NCBI RefSeq assembly: GCF_003334335.1
Contig: NZ_QOWQ01000001.1
Source of the DNA: Escherichia coli
Lineage (GTDB): Bacteria > Pseudomonadota > Gammaproteobacteria > Enterobacterales > Enterobacteriaceae
Direction: 5' to 3' (one strand)
Length of the DNA: 64,000 nt
Positions within the stretch are counted from its first letter, which is position 1. The number at the start of each line of letters is the position of its first letter. The translations under genes were made by a program, and so were the position numbers. Of this stretch, positions 24,869-37,413 are shown one piece after another. A model generated the notes under the pieces. The model did not search any database, was not told where the DNA came from, and saw nothing but the letters and a program-made list of their open reading frames with translations.

Positions 24869-25717
24869 TTATTGCCGAACCAGTCTTGTGGTCGATGGGA
24901 CAAAATCGCTATTACTGCGCCACGGGTTAATGTCCAGACCGCCACGACGGGTATAACGTGCGTAAACGCTCAATTTTTCTGGCTGGCAGAAGCGTAACAG
25001 GTCATTAAAGATGCGTTCCACGCACTGTTCGTGGAACTCGTTGTGATGACGGAATGAGACCAGGTAACGCAGCAGTTTTTCTCTGTCAATTTGGCGTCCA
25101 CGATACTGAATTTGGAGCGAACCCCAATCTGGTTGATGGGTGATCAGGCAGTTTGATTTCAGCAGGTGGCTGACAAGCGTCTCTTCCACTACTTTTTCAC
25201 CACAGGTGGCATTCTCCAGATAGTCAGTAGTGAATTCATAGTTATCGATAGTGATATCCTGGTCATCAATGCAAGTGCCATTAAAATGACCTATCGGCTG
25301 GCCTTCCAGTTCATCAAGACGATATAACGCCACGCTAATCTTACCCTGAGCGCAAGTGCTTAAGTCGCGCTCCAGCGTCTGGCGCACCTCATCCCAGTTA
25401 TTAAAACGCGTCTGGTTAAAACTGTTGAGATAGAGCTTAAAACTCTTCGACTCAATCAGATTTACGCTGGTGTAATCAAGTTCAACATGACCGACAGCGA
25501 CCTGCGGCAAACCTTTCGCATTCAGCCAGGAAAGTTCATACAGCGTCCAGATATCCGTACCGTGAAAAGGCAGGTTATCCGCTTTCAGACCCAGCGGGTC
25601 GCGATTCAGGCTGCGTGGAACGCCTTGCAGTAGGCTGGCGTCATAGGTATCCCGGTAATCGGTTGATTTTCCAAGAGTCAGGCCCGCAAGTGCCTGATGG
25701 TTTGCATAAGAAGACAT
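24869..25717 (-). CDS. queF: NADPH-dependent 7-cyano-7-deazaguanine reductase (preQ0 to preQ1)
   Basis: 282 aa, [37 protein letters not shown]. Confidence 0.9.
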   Translation of the reverse strand: MSSYANHQALAGLTLGKSTDYRDTYDASLLQGVPRSLNRDPLGLKADNLPFHGTDIWTLYELSWLNAKGLPQVAVGHVELDYTSVNLIESKSFKLYLNSFNQTRFNNWDEVRQTLERDLSTCAQGKISVALYRLDELEGQPIGHFNGTCIDDQDITIDNYEFTTDYLENATCGEKVVEETLVSHLLKSNCLITHQPDWGSLQIQYRGRQIDREKLLRYLVSFRHHNEFHEQCVERIFNDLLRFCQPEKLSVYARYTRRGGLDINPWRSNSDFVPSTTRLVRQ

Positions 25718-25784
25718 GTTTCACCGTCATAAACCAGATAAACTAAACGACAAGTGTATCTGGTTTAAGTGAAGAGAGAAATTA

Positions 25785-26330
25785 GTGGACGATTTGACCG
25801 CACAAGCCCTGAAAGATTTTACTGCACGCTACTGCGATGCGTGGCATGAAGAGCATAAAAGCTGGCCGTTAAGTGAGGAACTGTACGGTGTTCCTTCACC
25901 GTGCATTATTTCAACTACCGAAGATGCCGTATACTGGCAACCCCAGCCGTTTACCGGGGAACAAAATGTAAACGCGGTTGAACGCGCTTTTGATATTGTG
26001 ATACAACCCACAATTCATACCTTTTATACGACTCAGTTTGCCGGGGATATGCACGCGCAGTTTGGCGATATCAAACTGACATTGCTGCAAACCTGGAGTG
26101 AAGACGACTTCCGTCGGGTGCAGGAAAATCTGATTGGTCATCTGGTGACTCAGAAAAGGCTAAAACTGCCGCCCACACTATTTATCGCGACGCTGGAAGA
26201 AGAGTTAGAGGTCATCTCGGTGTGTAATCTCTCCGGTGAAGTGTGCAAAGAGACGCTGGGAACACGTAAACGGACGCATTTAGCCTCAAATCTTGCGGAA
26301 TTCCTTAATCAACTTAAGCCTCTTCTGTAA
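25785..26330 (+). CDS. syd: SecY-interacting protein Syd
   Basis: 181 aa, [40 protein letters not shown]. Confidence 0.88.
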
Positions 26331-26349
26331 TCCAAATACCCCATCTGGT

Positions 26350-26367
26350 TGTGAGAGATCTCTTACA
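26350..26367. promoter_or_regulatory. UvrY (BarA/UvrY two-component) binding palindrome upstream of csrB
   Basis: TGTGAGAGATCTCTTACA, perfect 18-bp palindrome about 175 nt upstream of the csrB 5' region; barA is encoded at 33252..36008 in this window. Confidence 0.65.
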
Positions 26368-26540
26368 GACTCTGTAGGAGATCGCTAGGAAATAAGCGAA
26401 TACTTAAAAAGATAAGAATCGTTATTTTCATTTAAAATCAAAATGTTGATTGTTAATTCTTAACTTTCATATGAAATTTTCCTTAAGGCATTGTCTGTAA
26501 GCGCCTTGTAAGACTTCGCGAAAAAGACGATTCTATCTTC

Positions 26541-26907
26541 GTCGACAGGGAGTCAGACAACGAAGTGAACATCAGGATGATGACACTTCTGCAGGACACA
26601 CCAGGATGGTGTTTCAGGGAAAGGCTTCTGGATGAAGCGAAGAGGATGACGCAGGACGCGTTAAAGGACACCTCCAGGATGGAGAATGAGAACCGGTCAG
26701 GATGATTCGGTGGGTCAGGAAGGCCAGGGACACTTCAGGATGAAGTATCACATCGGGGTGGTGTGAGCAGGAAGCAATAGTTCAGGATGAACGATTGGCC
26801 GCAAGGCCAGAGGAAAAGTTGTCAAGGATGAGCAGGGAGCAACAAAAGTAGCTGGAATGCTGCGAAACGAACCGGGAGCGCTGTGAATACAGTGCTCCCT
26901 TTTTTTA
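26541..26907 (+). ncRNA. csrB: CsrB regulatory RNA (CsrA-sequestering)
   Basis: About 367 nt with no long ORF; many CAGGA(U)G / AGGA hairpin-loop motifs (caggatgatg, accaggatggtg, tccaggatggag, tcaggatgattc, ttcaggatgaag, ttcaggatgaac, aaggatgagc); ends in terminator gggagcgctgtgaatacagtgctccc + T7. Confidence 0.9.
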
Positions 26908-26951
26908 TTCCTGCTATCCTTCGCGGCAGTTTTTCTTATTGAGGTTGCTTT

Positions 26952-27281
26952 ATGACCACTCATGACCGCGTTCGTCTCCAGTTGCAGGCGCTTGAAGCGT
27001 TACTGCGTGAACATCAGCACTGGCGAAACGATGAACCCCAGCCGCATCAATTTAATAGTACCCAACCGTTCTTTATGGACACCATGGAACCACTGGAGTG
27101 GTTGCAGTGGGTGCTGATCCCGCGAATGCACGATTTGTTAGATAACAAACAGCCGTTACCGGGCGCTTTTGCCGTTGCACCCTATTATGAAATGGCGCTG
27201 GCGACGGACCATCCGCAACGCGCGCTTATTCTGGCTGAGCTGGAAAAACTGGATGCTCTTTTTGCGGATGATGCGAGCTAA
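26952..27281 (+). CDS. yqcC: DUF446 protein YqcC
   Basis: 109 aa, MTTHDRVRLQLQALEALLREHQHW; stop overlaps truC start (TAATG). Confidence 0.85.
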   Translation: MTTHDRVRLQLQALEALLREHQHWRNDEPQPHQFNSTQPFFMDTMEPLEWLQWVLIPRMHDLLDNKQPLPGAFAVAPYYEMALATDHPQRALILAELEKLDALFADDAS

Positions 27282-28063
27282 TGCTGGAAATACTCTATCA
27301 GGATGAATGGCTGGTTGCGGTAAATAAACCCTCCGGCTGGCTGGTTCACCGCAGCTGGCTGGATCGCGACGAGAAAGTAGTGGTCATGCAAACCGTGCGT
27401 GACCAGATAGGCCAGCATGTTTTTACTGCTCATCGTCTGGACCGACCCACTTCTGGTGTGTTGTTGATGGGATTATCCAGCGAGGCCGGACGGCTGCTGG
27501 CACAACAGTTTGAACAGCACCAAATCCAGAAACGTTACCATGCGATTGTGCGCGGCTGGTTGATGGAAGAAGCGGTGCTGGATTATCCACTGGTGGAAGA
27601 ACTGGACAAAATCGCTGATAAATTTGCCCGCGAAGATAAAGGCCCGCAGCCAGCAGTGACGCATTATCGCGGTCTGGCGACCGTAGAAATGCCGGTAGCG
27701 ACCGGACGTTACCCGACCACGCGCTACGGCCTGGTGGAACTGGAGCCGAAAACCGGACGCAAACATCAGCTTCGCCGACATCTTGCCCATTTGCGTCATC
27801 CGATTATTGGCGATAGCAAACATGGCGATTTACGCCAGAATCGCAGCGGTGCTGAGCATTTTGGCCTCCAGCGGTTAATGCTACATGCCAGTCAGTTGTC
27901 ATTGACGCATCCTTTTACTGGCGAGCCGCTGACTATTCACGCGGGCCTGGACGACACCTGGATGCAGGCGTTATCACAATTTGGCTGGCGCGGTCTGCTT
28001 CCTGAAAATGAAAGGGTTGAGTTCAGTGCGCCATCGGGTCAGGATGGAGAGATAAGTTCCTAA
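27281..28063 (+). CDS. truC: tRNA pseudouridine(65) synthase
   Basis: 260 aa, [25 protein letters not shown]; RluA-family catalytic HRLDRPTSG. Confidence 0.9.
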
Positions 28064-28080
28064 TCCAGGGAGAAAACGGT

Positions 28081-28530
28081 ATGGCGGAAATTGGTATTTT
28101 TGTCGGCACCATGTACGGGAATTCACTGTTAGTGGCCGAAGAAGCGGAAGCGATTCTGACCGCGCAGGGCCACAAAGCAACGGTATTTGAAGATCCTGAA
28201 TTAAGCGACTGGCTGCCCTATCAGGATAAGTATGTTCTGGTGGTTACGTCCACGACCGGGCAGGGCGACCTTCCTGATAGCATTGTGCCACTCTTTCAGG
28301 GAATCAAAGATAGTCTGGGCTTCCAGCCGAATCTGCGTTATGGCGTGATTGCGCTCGGCGACAGTAGTTATGTGAATTTCTGCAATGGCGGCAAACAGTT
28401 CGATGCCTTGTTGCAGGAACAGAGCGCTCAGCGGGTTGGCGAAATGCTGTTGATTGACGCCAGTGAGAACCCGGAACCGGAAACGGAATCAAATCCGTGG
28501 GTCGAACAGTGGGGCACGCTGTTGTCCTGA
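28081..28530 (+). CDS. yqcA: Flavodoxin-like protein YqcA
   Basis: 149 aa, [26 protein letters not shown]; flavodoxin FMN-binding T/S-rich loop ([12 protein letters not shown]). Confidence 0.88.
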
Positions 28531-28964
28531 TATGTTCAGCGAGCGGTAAATGTCGTTTTAGCGGTGCTGAATCGAATCTTTTCAGGCAAATGCCAGTAAA
28601 AACTGCTTCATAGCGCGGATTTTTACTGGCGTTTGCCTGGAGTCAAGCGATCCATTTCATACTCTTCTTTATTTCTTCGTTTTAACCCTTCCTTTCTTGT
28701 TCTTGTTTTCATTTCCGTGAAGTGGATTCCACCGTCCAGGGCTAATGCCAAAATCGGGCCTCATTGAACGCATTAATGTTGTGTTGTTGCACGGTGAGCC
28801 GCTATGGCGCGCTTTTTATACTGCTATTGCCAGATATAAACACGCGCCGTATTCGGCGAACGACCTATAAAAACGGCAAAAAACACCCTACGTCACCTCT
28901 GATTTCCTGGCGATGTCGCAGTCCAGAGTGAGCGTGGCTAACGCGAATTTTCAGGAGTGCAACA

Positions 28965-30317
28965 ATGAGTTCTTTAAGTCAGGCTGCGAGCAGTGTGGAA
29001 AAACGCACAAATGCTCGTTACTGGATAGTGGTGATGTTGTTTATCGTCACATCCTTCAACTACGGCGACCGCGCTACGCTCTCTATCGCCGGTTCGGAAA
29101 TGGCCAAAGATATCGGCCTTGATCCCGTGGGAATGGGCTATGTGTTCTCTGCTTTCTCATGGGCTTATGTTATCGGGCAGATCCCTGGTGGCTGGTTGCT
29201 GGACCGTTTTGGTTCAAAACGCGTCTACTTCTGGTCGATCTTTATCTGGTCGATGTTTACCTTGCTGCAAGGCTTCGTCGATATCTTTAGTGGATTCGGC
29301 ATTATCGTTGCCCTGTTTACGCTGCGCTTCCTGGTCGGGCTTGCTGAAGCGCCATCTTTCCCCGGCAACAGTCGCATTGTTGCGGCCTGGTTTCCGGCGC
29401 AGGAAAGGGGAACGGCGGTGTCGATTTTTAACTCCGCTCAATACTTCGCAACGGTGATCTTCGCGCCGATTATGGGCTGGCTGACGCATGAAGTGGGCTG
29501 GTCACACGTCTTCTTCTTTATGGGCGGTCTGGGGATTGTCATCAGCTTTATCTGGTTGAAAGTCATCCACGAGCCAAATCAACATCCGGGGGTAAATAAG
29601 AAAGAGCTGGAGTACATCGCCGCGGGTGGTGCGCTGATCAATATGGATCAGCAAAACACCAAAGTTAAAGTGCCGTTCAGCGTGAAGTGGGGGCAGATCA
29701 AACAGCTGCTAGGGTCACGGATGATGATCGGCGTTTATATCGGTCAGTACTGTATCAACGCCCTGACTTACTTCTTTATTACCTGGTTCCCGGTTTATCT
29801 GGTGCAGGCACGCGGGATGTCGATTCTGAAAGCGGGCTTTGTGGCTTCCGTTCCGGCGGTTTGCGGTTTTATCGGCGGTGTGCTGGGTGGGATTATTTCC
29901 GACTGGCTGATGCGCCGCACGGGATCGCTGAACATTGCGCGTAAAACACCGATCGTAATGGGCATGTTGCTGTCGATGGTGATGGTGTTCTGCAACTACG
30001 TCAACGTTGAGTGGATGATCATCGGCTTTATGGCGCTGGCCTTCTTCGGTAAGGGCATCGGGGCGCTGGGTTGGGCAGTAATGGCAGATACCGCGCCAAA
30101 AGAGATCAGCGGTCTTTCCGGTGGCCTGTTCAACATGTTCGGTAACATTTCTGGCATCGTCACGCCAATCGCAATTGGTTATATCGTTGGCACGACTGGC
30201 TCGTTTAATGGGGCGCTGATTTATGTTGGTGTTCATGCCTTAATCGCGGTACTGAGCTACCTGGTGCTGGTGGGCGATATCAAGCGTATCGAGTTGAAAC
30301 CTGTTGCGGGGCAATAA
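28965..30317 (+). CDS. gudP: Glucarate/galactarate MFS transporter
   Basis: 450 aa, [43 protein letters not shown]. Confidence 0.9.
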   Translation: MSSLSQAASSVEKRTNARYWIVVMLFIVTSFNYGDRATLSIAGSEMAKDIGLDPVGMGYVFSAFSWAYVIGQIPGGWLLDRFGSKRVYFWSIFIWSMFTLLQGFVDIFSGFGIIVALFTLRFLVGLAEAPSFPGNSRIVAAWFPAQERGTAVSIFNSAQYFATVIFAPIMGWLTHEVGWSHVFFFMGGLGIVISFIWLKVIHEPNQHPGVNKKELEYIAAGGALINMDQQNTKVKVPFSVKWGQIKQLLGSRMMIGVYIGQYCINALTYFFITWFPVYLVQARGMSILKAGFVASVPAVCGFIGGVLGGIISDWLMRRTGSLNIARKTPIVMGMLLSMVMVFCNYVNVEWMIIGFMALAFFGKGIGALGWAVMADTAPKEISGLSGGLFNMFGNISGIVTPIAIGYIVGTTGSFNGALIYVGVHALIAVLSYLVLVGDIKRIELKPVAGQ

Positions 30318-30318
30318 G

Positions 30319-31659
30319 ATGGCGACACAATCCAGTCCTGTTATTACTGATATGAAAGTCATTCCGGTGGCAGGGCATGACAGCATGTTGCTTAATATTG
30401 GTGGGGCACATAACGCATATTTCACCCGCAATATTGTGGTACTCACCGATAACGCCGGGCATACCGGCATTGGTGAAGCGCCGGGCGGAGATGTGATTTA
30501 TCAGACGCTTGTCGATGCTATTCCGATGGTTCTGGGCCAGGAAGTTGCGCGACTGAATAAAGTGGTCCAGCAGGTGCATAAAGGTAATCAGGCCGCCGAT
30601 TTTGATACCTTCGGTAAAGGTGCCTGGACCTTTGAATTACGCGTTAACGCCGTGGCGGCGCTGGAAGCCGCTTTGCTTGACCTGCTAGGTAAGGCGCTGA
30701 ATGTTCCGGTCTGCGAACTGTTAGGGCCAGGCAAGCAACGCGAGGCTATTACCGTCCTCGGTTATCTGTTTTATATCGGTGATCGGACCAAAACCGATCT
30801 TCCTTATGTGGAAAATACGCCGGGCAACCATGAGTGGTATCAGTTGCGGCATCAGAAAGCAATGAACAGCGAAGCCGTTGTGCGTCTGGCGGAAGCCTCA
30901 CAGGATCGCTACGGCTTTAAAGATTTCAAACTTAAGGGCGGCGTGTTACCTGGCGAGCAAGAAATCGACACTGTTCGTGCATTGAAGAAACGCTTCCCGG
31001 ATGCGCGGATTACCGTTGATCCCAACGGTGCATGGCTGCTTGATGAAGCCATTTCTTTATGCAAAGGGCTGAATGATGTTCTTACCTATGCCGAAGATCC
31101 ATGCGGCGCAGAACAGGGCTTCTCCGGACGTGAAGTGATGGCGGAATTTCGACGGGCGACCGGCTTGCCCGTCGCGACTAACATGATCGCCACCAACTGG
31201 CGCGAAATGGGTCATGCGGTGATGCTCAATGCGGTAGATATTCCACTTGCCGATCCGCACTTCTGGACGCTTTCCGGTGCAGTCCGTGTGGCGCAGCTTT
31301 GCGACGACTGGGGGCTGACCTGGGGCTGCCATTCTAATAACCATTTCGATATCTCTCTGGCGATGTTTACCCATGTGGGCGCGGCGGCACCGGGTAATCC
31401 TACCGCTATCGATACCCACTGGATTTGGCAGGAGGGCGATTGTCGCCTGACCCAAAATCCGCTGGAGATTAAAAACGGAAAAATTGCCGTTCCTGATGCG
31501 CCCGGTCTGGGCGTGGAACTGGACTGGGAACAGGTACAAAAGGCACATGAGGCCTATAAACGTCTGCCTGGCGGTGCGCGTAACGACGCAGGTCCGATGC
31601 AGTACCTGATCCCCGGCTGGACCTTTGACCGTAAACGTCCCGTTTTCGGCCGTCATTGA
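30319..31659 (+). CDS. gudX: Glucarate dehydratase-related protein (enolase superfamily)
   Basis: ORF 30304..31659; recognised start [31 protein letters not shown] at 30319 (446 aa). Confidence 0.9.
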   Translation: MATQSSPVITDMKVIPVAGHDSMLLNIGGAHNAYFTRNIVVLTDNAGHTGIGEAPGGDVIYQTLVDAIPMVLGQEVARLNKVVQQVHKGNQAADFDTFGKGAWTFELRVNAVAALEAALLDLLGKALNVPVCELLGPGKQREAITVLGYLFYIGDRTKTDLPYVENTPGNHEWYQLRHQKAMNSEAVVRLAEASQDRYGFKDFKLKGGVLPGEQEIDTVRALKKRFPDARITVDPNGAWLLDEAISLCKGLNDVLTYAEDPCGAEQGFSGREVMAEFRRATGLPVATNMIATNWREMGHAVMLNAVDIPLADPHFWTLSGAVRVAQLCDDWGLTWGCHSNNHFDISLAMFTHVGAAAPGNPTAIDTHWIWQEGDCRLTQNPLEIKNGKIAVPDAPGLGVELDWEQVQKAHEAYKRLPGGARNDAGPMQYLIPGWTFDRKRPVFGRH

Positions 31660-31679
31660 TTCTGAAAAAGGACATAAAT

Positions 31680-33020
31680 ATGAGTTCTCAATTTACGACG
31701 CCTGTTGTTACTGAAATGCAGGTTATCCCGGTGGCGGGTCATGACAGTATGCTGATGAATCTGAGTGGTGCACACGCACCGTTCTTTACGCGTAATATTG
31801 TGATTATCAAAGATAATTCTGGTCACACTGGCGTAGGGGAAATTCCCGGCGGCGAGAAAATCCGTAAAACGCTGGAAGATGCGATTCCGCTGGTGGTAGG
31901 TAAAACGCTGGGTGAATACAAAAACGTTCTGACGCTGGTGCGTAATACTTTTGCCGATCGTGATGCTGGTGGGCGCGGTTTGCAGACATTTGACCTACGT
32001 ACCACTATTCATGTAGTTACCGGGATAGAAGCGGCAATGCTGGATCTGCTGGGGCAGCATCTGGGGGTAAACGTGGCATCGCTGCTGGGCGATGGTCAAC
32101 AGCGTAGCGAAGTCGAAATGCTCGGTTATCTGTTCTTCGTCGGTAATCGCAAAGCCACGCCGCTGCCGTATCAAAGCCAGCCGGATGACTCATGCGACTG
32201 GTATCGCCTGCGTCATGAAGAAGCGATGACGCCGGATGCGGTGGTGCGCCTGGCGGAAGCGGCATATGAAAAATATGGCTTCAACGATTTCAAACTGAAG
32301 GGCGGTGTACTGGCCGGGGAAGAAGAGGCCGAGTCTATTGTGGCACTGGCGCAACGCTTCCCGCAGGCGCGTATTACGCTCGATCCTAACGGTGCCTGGT
32401 CGCTGAACGAAGCGATTAAAATCGGTAAATACCTGAAAGGTTCGCTGGCTTATGCAGAAGATCCGTGTGGTGCGGAGCAAGGTTTCTCCGGGCGTGAAGT
32501 GATGGCAGAGTTCCGTCGCGCGACAGGTCTACCGACTGCAACCAATATGATCGCCACCGACTGGCGGCAAATGGGCCATACGCTCTCCCTGCAATCCGTT
32601 GATATCCCGCTGGCGGATCCGCATTTCTGGACAATGCAAGGTTCGGTACGTGTGGCGCAAATGTGCCATGAATTTGGCCTGACCTGGGGTTCACACTCTA
32701 ACAACCACTTCGATATTTCCCTGGCGATGTTTACCCATGTTGCCGCCGCTGCACCGGGTAAAATTACTGCTATTGATACGCACTGGATTTGGCAGGAAGG
32801 CAATCAGCGCCTGACCAAAGAACCGTTTGAGATCAAAGGCGGGCTGGTACAGGTGCCAGAAAAACCGGGGCTGGGTGTAGAAATCGATATGGATCAAGTG
32901 ATGAAAGCCCATGAGCTGTATCAGAAACACGGGCTTGGCGCGCGTGACGATGCGATGGGAATGCAGTATCTGATTCCTGGCTGGACGTTCGATAACAAGC
33001 GCCCGTGCATGGTGCGTTAA
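31680..33020 (+). CDS. gudD: D-glucarate dehydratase
   Basis: ORF 31656..33020; recognised start [32 protein letters not shown] at 31680 (446 aa); paralog of gudX. Confidence 0.9.
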   Translation: MSSQFTTPVVTEMQVIPVAGHDSMLMNLSGAHAPFFTRNIVIIKDNSGHTGVGEIPGGEKIRKTLEDAIPLVVGKTLGEYKNVLTLVRNTFADRDAGGRGLQTFDLRTTIHVVTGIEAAMLDLLGQHLGVNVASLLGDGQQRSEVEMLGYLFFVGNRKATPLPYQSQPDDSCDWYRLRHEEAMTPDAVVRLAEAAYEKYGFNDFKLKGGVLAGEEEAESIVALAQRFPQARITLDPNGAWSLNEAIKIGKYLKGSLAYAEDPCGAEQGFSGREVMAEFRRATGLPTATNMIATDWRQMGHTLSLQSVDIPLADPHFWTMQGSVRVAQMCHEFGLTWGSHSNNHFDISLAMFTHVAAAAPGKITAIDTHWIWQEGNQRLTKEPFEIKGGLVQVPEKPGLGVEIDMDQVMKAHELYQKHGLGARDDAMGMQYLIPGWTFDNKRPCMVR

Positions 33021-33139
33021 GACAGAAAACCAAAACCGGCTCTATCTGGAGCCGGTTTGAGACTGATGCTAAACGCAAAATAGCCTGTTGTGCTATGTAT
33101 CAGGTCTACATCATTTTTTAATTCATTGAATTTAATTGG

Positions 33140-33185
33140 TTTTGTAGGCCGGATAAGGCGTTAACGCCGCATCCGGCATAAACAC
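33140..33185. repeat. REP element between gudD and barA
   Basis: ttttgtaggccggataaggcgttaacgccgcatccggcataaaca. Confidence 0.7.
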
Positions 33186-33251
33186 AGGCACTTTGTCACC
33201 AATCTGAAACCAGCGTCATAAAAAGCCGATTGCTACTCGACAAGACATCCA

Positions 33252-36008
33252 TTACCCGAGAATTTTGCTGGCTTCGCGCGCGACATTATCCATCTCGTCC
33301 AACAGTTCCAGCAGCTCCGGTTCCAAATCTTCTTCTTTAGTACCGCTACGTAGCTGTTGTTCGATCAGTTGGCAGAGATTCTTCATACGTGGCACACCGC
33401 TATAGCCGCAACTGCCATGCAGTTTATGAATCAAATCAACCAGGCCTTCCGGGTTTTCTCCAACCAGCTGTTCCTCAACTTTGTTGCGAACTTCAGGCAG
33501 GAAATCGAGTAACATTTGCAGCATATCGCGCGCTAAATCGGTTTTTCCTGCTGCCTGGCGTAGTGCCAGTTGCCAGTCGAGGGTCGCATTCGGGTTCACC
33601 ACAATTTCGTTGACTTCGGGCGTCACGACGCGAGAGGAAATACCGCTGCCAGGCTTGTAGCGCAACAACAAATTATGCAATCGCTCTTCTTCAATCGGTT
33701 TCGCCAGATAATCGCTCATCCCTGCGCCAAGCAGCTTCTCTTTTTGCCCGGCCATTGCATGCGCCGTTACCGCGATAACCGGCGTTTGTTGCTGATGCGG
33801 GAGTTGGTGGATGAGTTCGCAGGCCCGAATGCCATCCATGTCCGGCATTTGAATATCCATTAAGATCAAATCGAACGGCATCTGTTTCGCCCGTTCAACC
33901 GCCTGATGCCCGCTATCGCAAAGTTCCACATGTTGCACCATATCTTCCAGCAATGCGCCGATAAGTTTCAGGTTAGCGGGGTTGTCATCAACCGCCATGA
34001 CTGTCATTGCCAGCTTACTTTCATCGGTTACAGGCAAAAGCGTGTTTTGTTTGTGATGACAAAATTCCGTCAGGGCAGGCAACAGGCGTGTAGGTGTTAA
34101 TGGTTTCAGCAGACACGCGCCGATACCATCTTGCTTGAGTTTTTCAGCATTGACTTGTGCATGGCAAGGAAGTGCCAGCATCAGGAAATCGGTCATCGAT
34201 ACCGCTTTCGCTAATCGCTCATGTTGCATTGTTAGCGGCTCGCGGAAGGTCACCGCGATGCCTAACAACATCATGTCGTAATGCGCGGGAGGCAGCGCGG
34301 AGAACGTTGGGCTATAAACCACTTCCAGCGGCGTTTCACTTAAAATATCCAGCGTGCATTGCGCTGCTGCGGAGTTTGGTTCGACATAGGCCAGGCGCTT
34401 ACCTGCGAGGCACTGGGTGGATGGCCCTTCGATAATAATGTTCGGGTTCAGATCGAGATTAATGTGGAACCAGAAAGTTGAACCGCGATTCGGCTGGCTA
34501 TGGAACGAAATATCGCCGCCCATTTCATTAACCAGTTTTTGTGTAATCACCAGCCCCAGCCCGGTGCCACCATGACGGCGGGAAATACTGGCATCAGCCT
34601 GTCGGAAGGCCTGGAATAAGCGCGATTGATCGCGTTCAGGAATACCAATGCCGGTATCCCGAATCTGCACTTCAATCTGCACTTTGGTATTACTCAGCGC
34701 ACGTTTTTCTACCAGAATATCAATGTTGCCATTCTCGGTGAATTTAATTGCATTCCCCACCAGGTTAGTGATGATTTGCTGTAATCGCAGCGGGTCGCCG
34801 ATCACGTTATCAGGCACGTCGCTTTTAATATTGAGCGTCAGTTCTAACCCTTTATCGTGAGAAGAATGTGCCAGCAGAGTAACGACTTCATCCAGCGTGC
34901 TGCGTAGTGGGAATGGAATACTTTCCAGAATCAGCTTACCTGCTTCCAGTTTCGAGAAGTCGAGAACATCATTAATAATTGCCAGCAAATTATTTGCCGA
35001 ACGTTCAATCGTATTCAGGTGATCGCGCTGCGTTGGTGTTAATTCTGTTTTCAGCGTCAGGCGGGTAAAGCCAATAACACCATTCAGTGGTGTACGCAGC
35101 TCGTGTGACATATTTGCCAGAAACTCGGATTTAATACGCGCCGCTTCCTGGGCGCGCTTTTTCGCCAGATCTAACTCAACGTTCTGAATTTCCATCTGCT
35201 CCAGCGTTTCACGCAGATCGGACGTCGCCTGGTCGATATTGTGCTGCATCTCTTCGTGATAAGCAGCCAGCGACATTGCCATCGAGTTGATACCGTTTTT
35301 CAGCATATCCAGCTCGCCGAGCATAAATCCTTCCACCCGGCTGTCGAGTTGCCCGCGACGGATGCGGTCGACGGTATTCACCATGTTGCGAATCGGACCG
35401 GTTACATCGCGCATTAAGCGCCAGCCAAAAATAAGCGCAATACCGATACAAAACAGCATCATCACGCTGGAAATAAAGATCTCTTTATATTGCTGCAAGC
35501 GAACCGATTTAAGATCCAGCTCCAGCGCAATATATCCCAACATATTTTGACTATTTTTGGCATCGCTACTGGGCGATTCGTCGGGGGAGTAACTCTCAGA
35601 AATAATCGGCGTGCGGAGGATCATAATATCGCCGTCACGAGTGACAGTGAGCTGGCGAGGAAACGGCACGTTGCTGCCGAGCTGCATTGATGAGGGATCA
35701 AGATGAAAATTGGAGGTGACAAAGAGTCGGTTATTTTCATCATAAACCGAAATCGCGCGAACAATATCGGAATGGCGACGATGCAGTACGCTTATTAACT
35801 GACCGATAGATTCGCGATTTTGCAGGCTCATGCCATATTCAGTAGAAACTGCAAGCGGCTCAATAATGCTGGCACCGGCATCTTCCAGTTGACGCTGCAA
35901 GTCGTTATAGCGATGCACGACGAAAAAGATACTCAGCAATAAACCAATAAGGACGGTCGGTGCCAGGATCAGAATCATCATGCGTGCGCGCAGGCTGTAG
36001 TTGGTCAT
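33252..36008 (-). CDS. barA: Hybrid sensor histidine kinase BarA (tripartite phosphorelay)
   Basis: 918 aa, [29 protein letters not shown]; HisKA H-box ([17 protein letters not shown]), receiver and HPt domains. Confidence 0.92.
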
Positions 36009-36064
36009 GGAGTTCCGTTATGGGACAATTAAGGTCACACTGTTAAATTGAGAAAGTCTCGCCA

Positions 36065-37366
36065 ATGGCGCAATTCTACTCTGCAAAACGACGCACGACG
36101 ACGCGTCAGATCATAACCGTTTCAGTCAACGACCTCGACTCTTTTGGTCAGGGCGTGGCGCGACATAACGGCAAAACGCTATTTATCCCCGGATTATTGC
36201 CGCAGGAAAACGCGGAAGTTACTGTTACTGAAGATAAAAAACAGTATGCCCGCGCTAAAGTCGTACGCCGGTTAAGCGATAGCCCGGAACGCGAAACGCC
36301 ACGCTGTCCTCATTTTGGCGTATGCGGTGGCTGTCAGCAACAACACGCCAGCGTGGATTTACAGCAGCGAAGCAAAAGTGCGGCACTCGCCCGATTAATG
36401 AAACACGATGTCTCTGAAGTGATCGCCGATGTTCCCTGGGGCTATCGCCGTCGCGCGCGTTTAAGTCTGAACTACTTACCGAAAACACAGCAACTTCAGA
36501 TGGGGTTTCGCAAAGCGGGCTCCAGTGACATTGTCGACGTCAAACAATGCCCCATTTTAGCGCCCCAACTTGAAGCATTGCTGCCCAAAGTCAGGGCATG
36601 TCTGGGCAGCTTACAAGCTATGCGCCATCTTGGTCATGTTGAACTGGTACAGGCAACCAGCGGCACGCTGATGATTTTGCGCCATACCGCACCGCTAAGT
36701 TCGGCAGATCGCGAAAAACTGGAACGCTTTTCGCATTCTGAAGGCCTGGATCTGTATCTCGCCCCCGATAGTGAGATACTCGAAACCGTCTCTGGTGAGA
36801 TGCCCTGGTATGACTCAAACGGGTTGCGCTTAACTTTTAGCCCGCGCGATTTTATTCAGGTCAATGCGGGTGTGAACCAAAAAATGGTAGCGCGTGCGTT
36901 GGAATGGCTGGATGTGCAACCTGAAGATCGCGTACTGGATCTGTTCTGCGGTATGGGCAACTTTACACTGCCATTGGCGACACAAGCTGCCAGTGTGGTC
37001 GGTGTAGAAGGTGTTCCGGCGCTGGTGGAAAAAGGCCAGCAGAATGCGCGTCTTAATGGCTTACAGAATGTGACGTTTTATCACGAAAATCTTGAAGAAG
37101 ATGTCACAAAGCAGCCGTGGGCGAAAAACGGCTTCGATAAAGTGTTGCTGGACCCGGCGCGAGCAGGTGCCGCAGGTGTTATGCAGCAAATTATAAAACT
37201 GGAACCTATTCGTATAGTTTATGTATCCTGTAACCCTGCAACGCTGGCTCGGGATAGCGAAGCGTTATTAAAAGCAGGATATACCATTGCGCGACTGGCG
37301 ATGCTGGATATGTTCCCACACACGGGACATCTGGAATCGATGGTACTTTTCTCGCGCGTTAAATAG
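36065..37366 (+). CDS. rlmD: 23S rRNA m5U1939 methyltransferase (RumA)
   Basis: 433 aa, [43 protein letters not shown]; Fe-S cysteines [14 protein letters not shown]. Confidence 0.9.
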
Positions 37367-37413
37367 TTGCGATTTGCCGATTTCGGCAGGTCTGGTCCCT
37401 AAAGGAGAGGACG

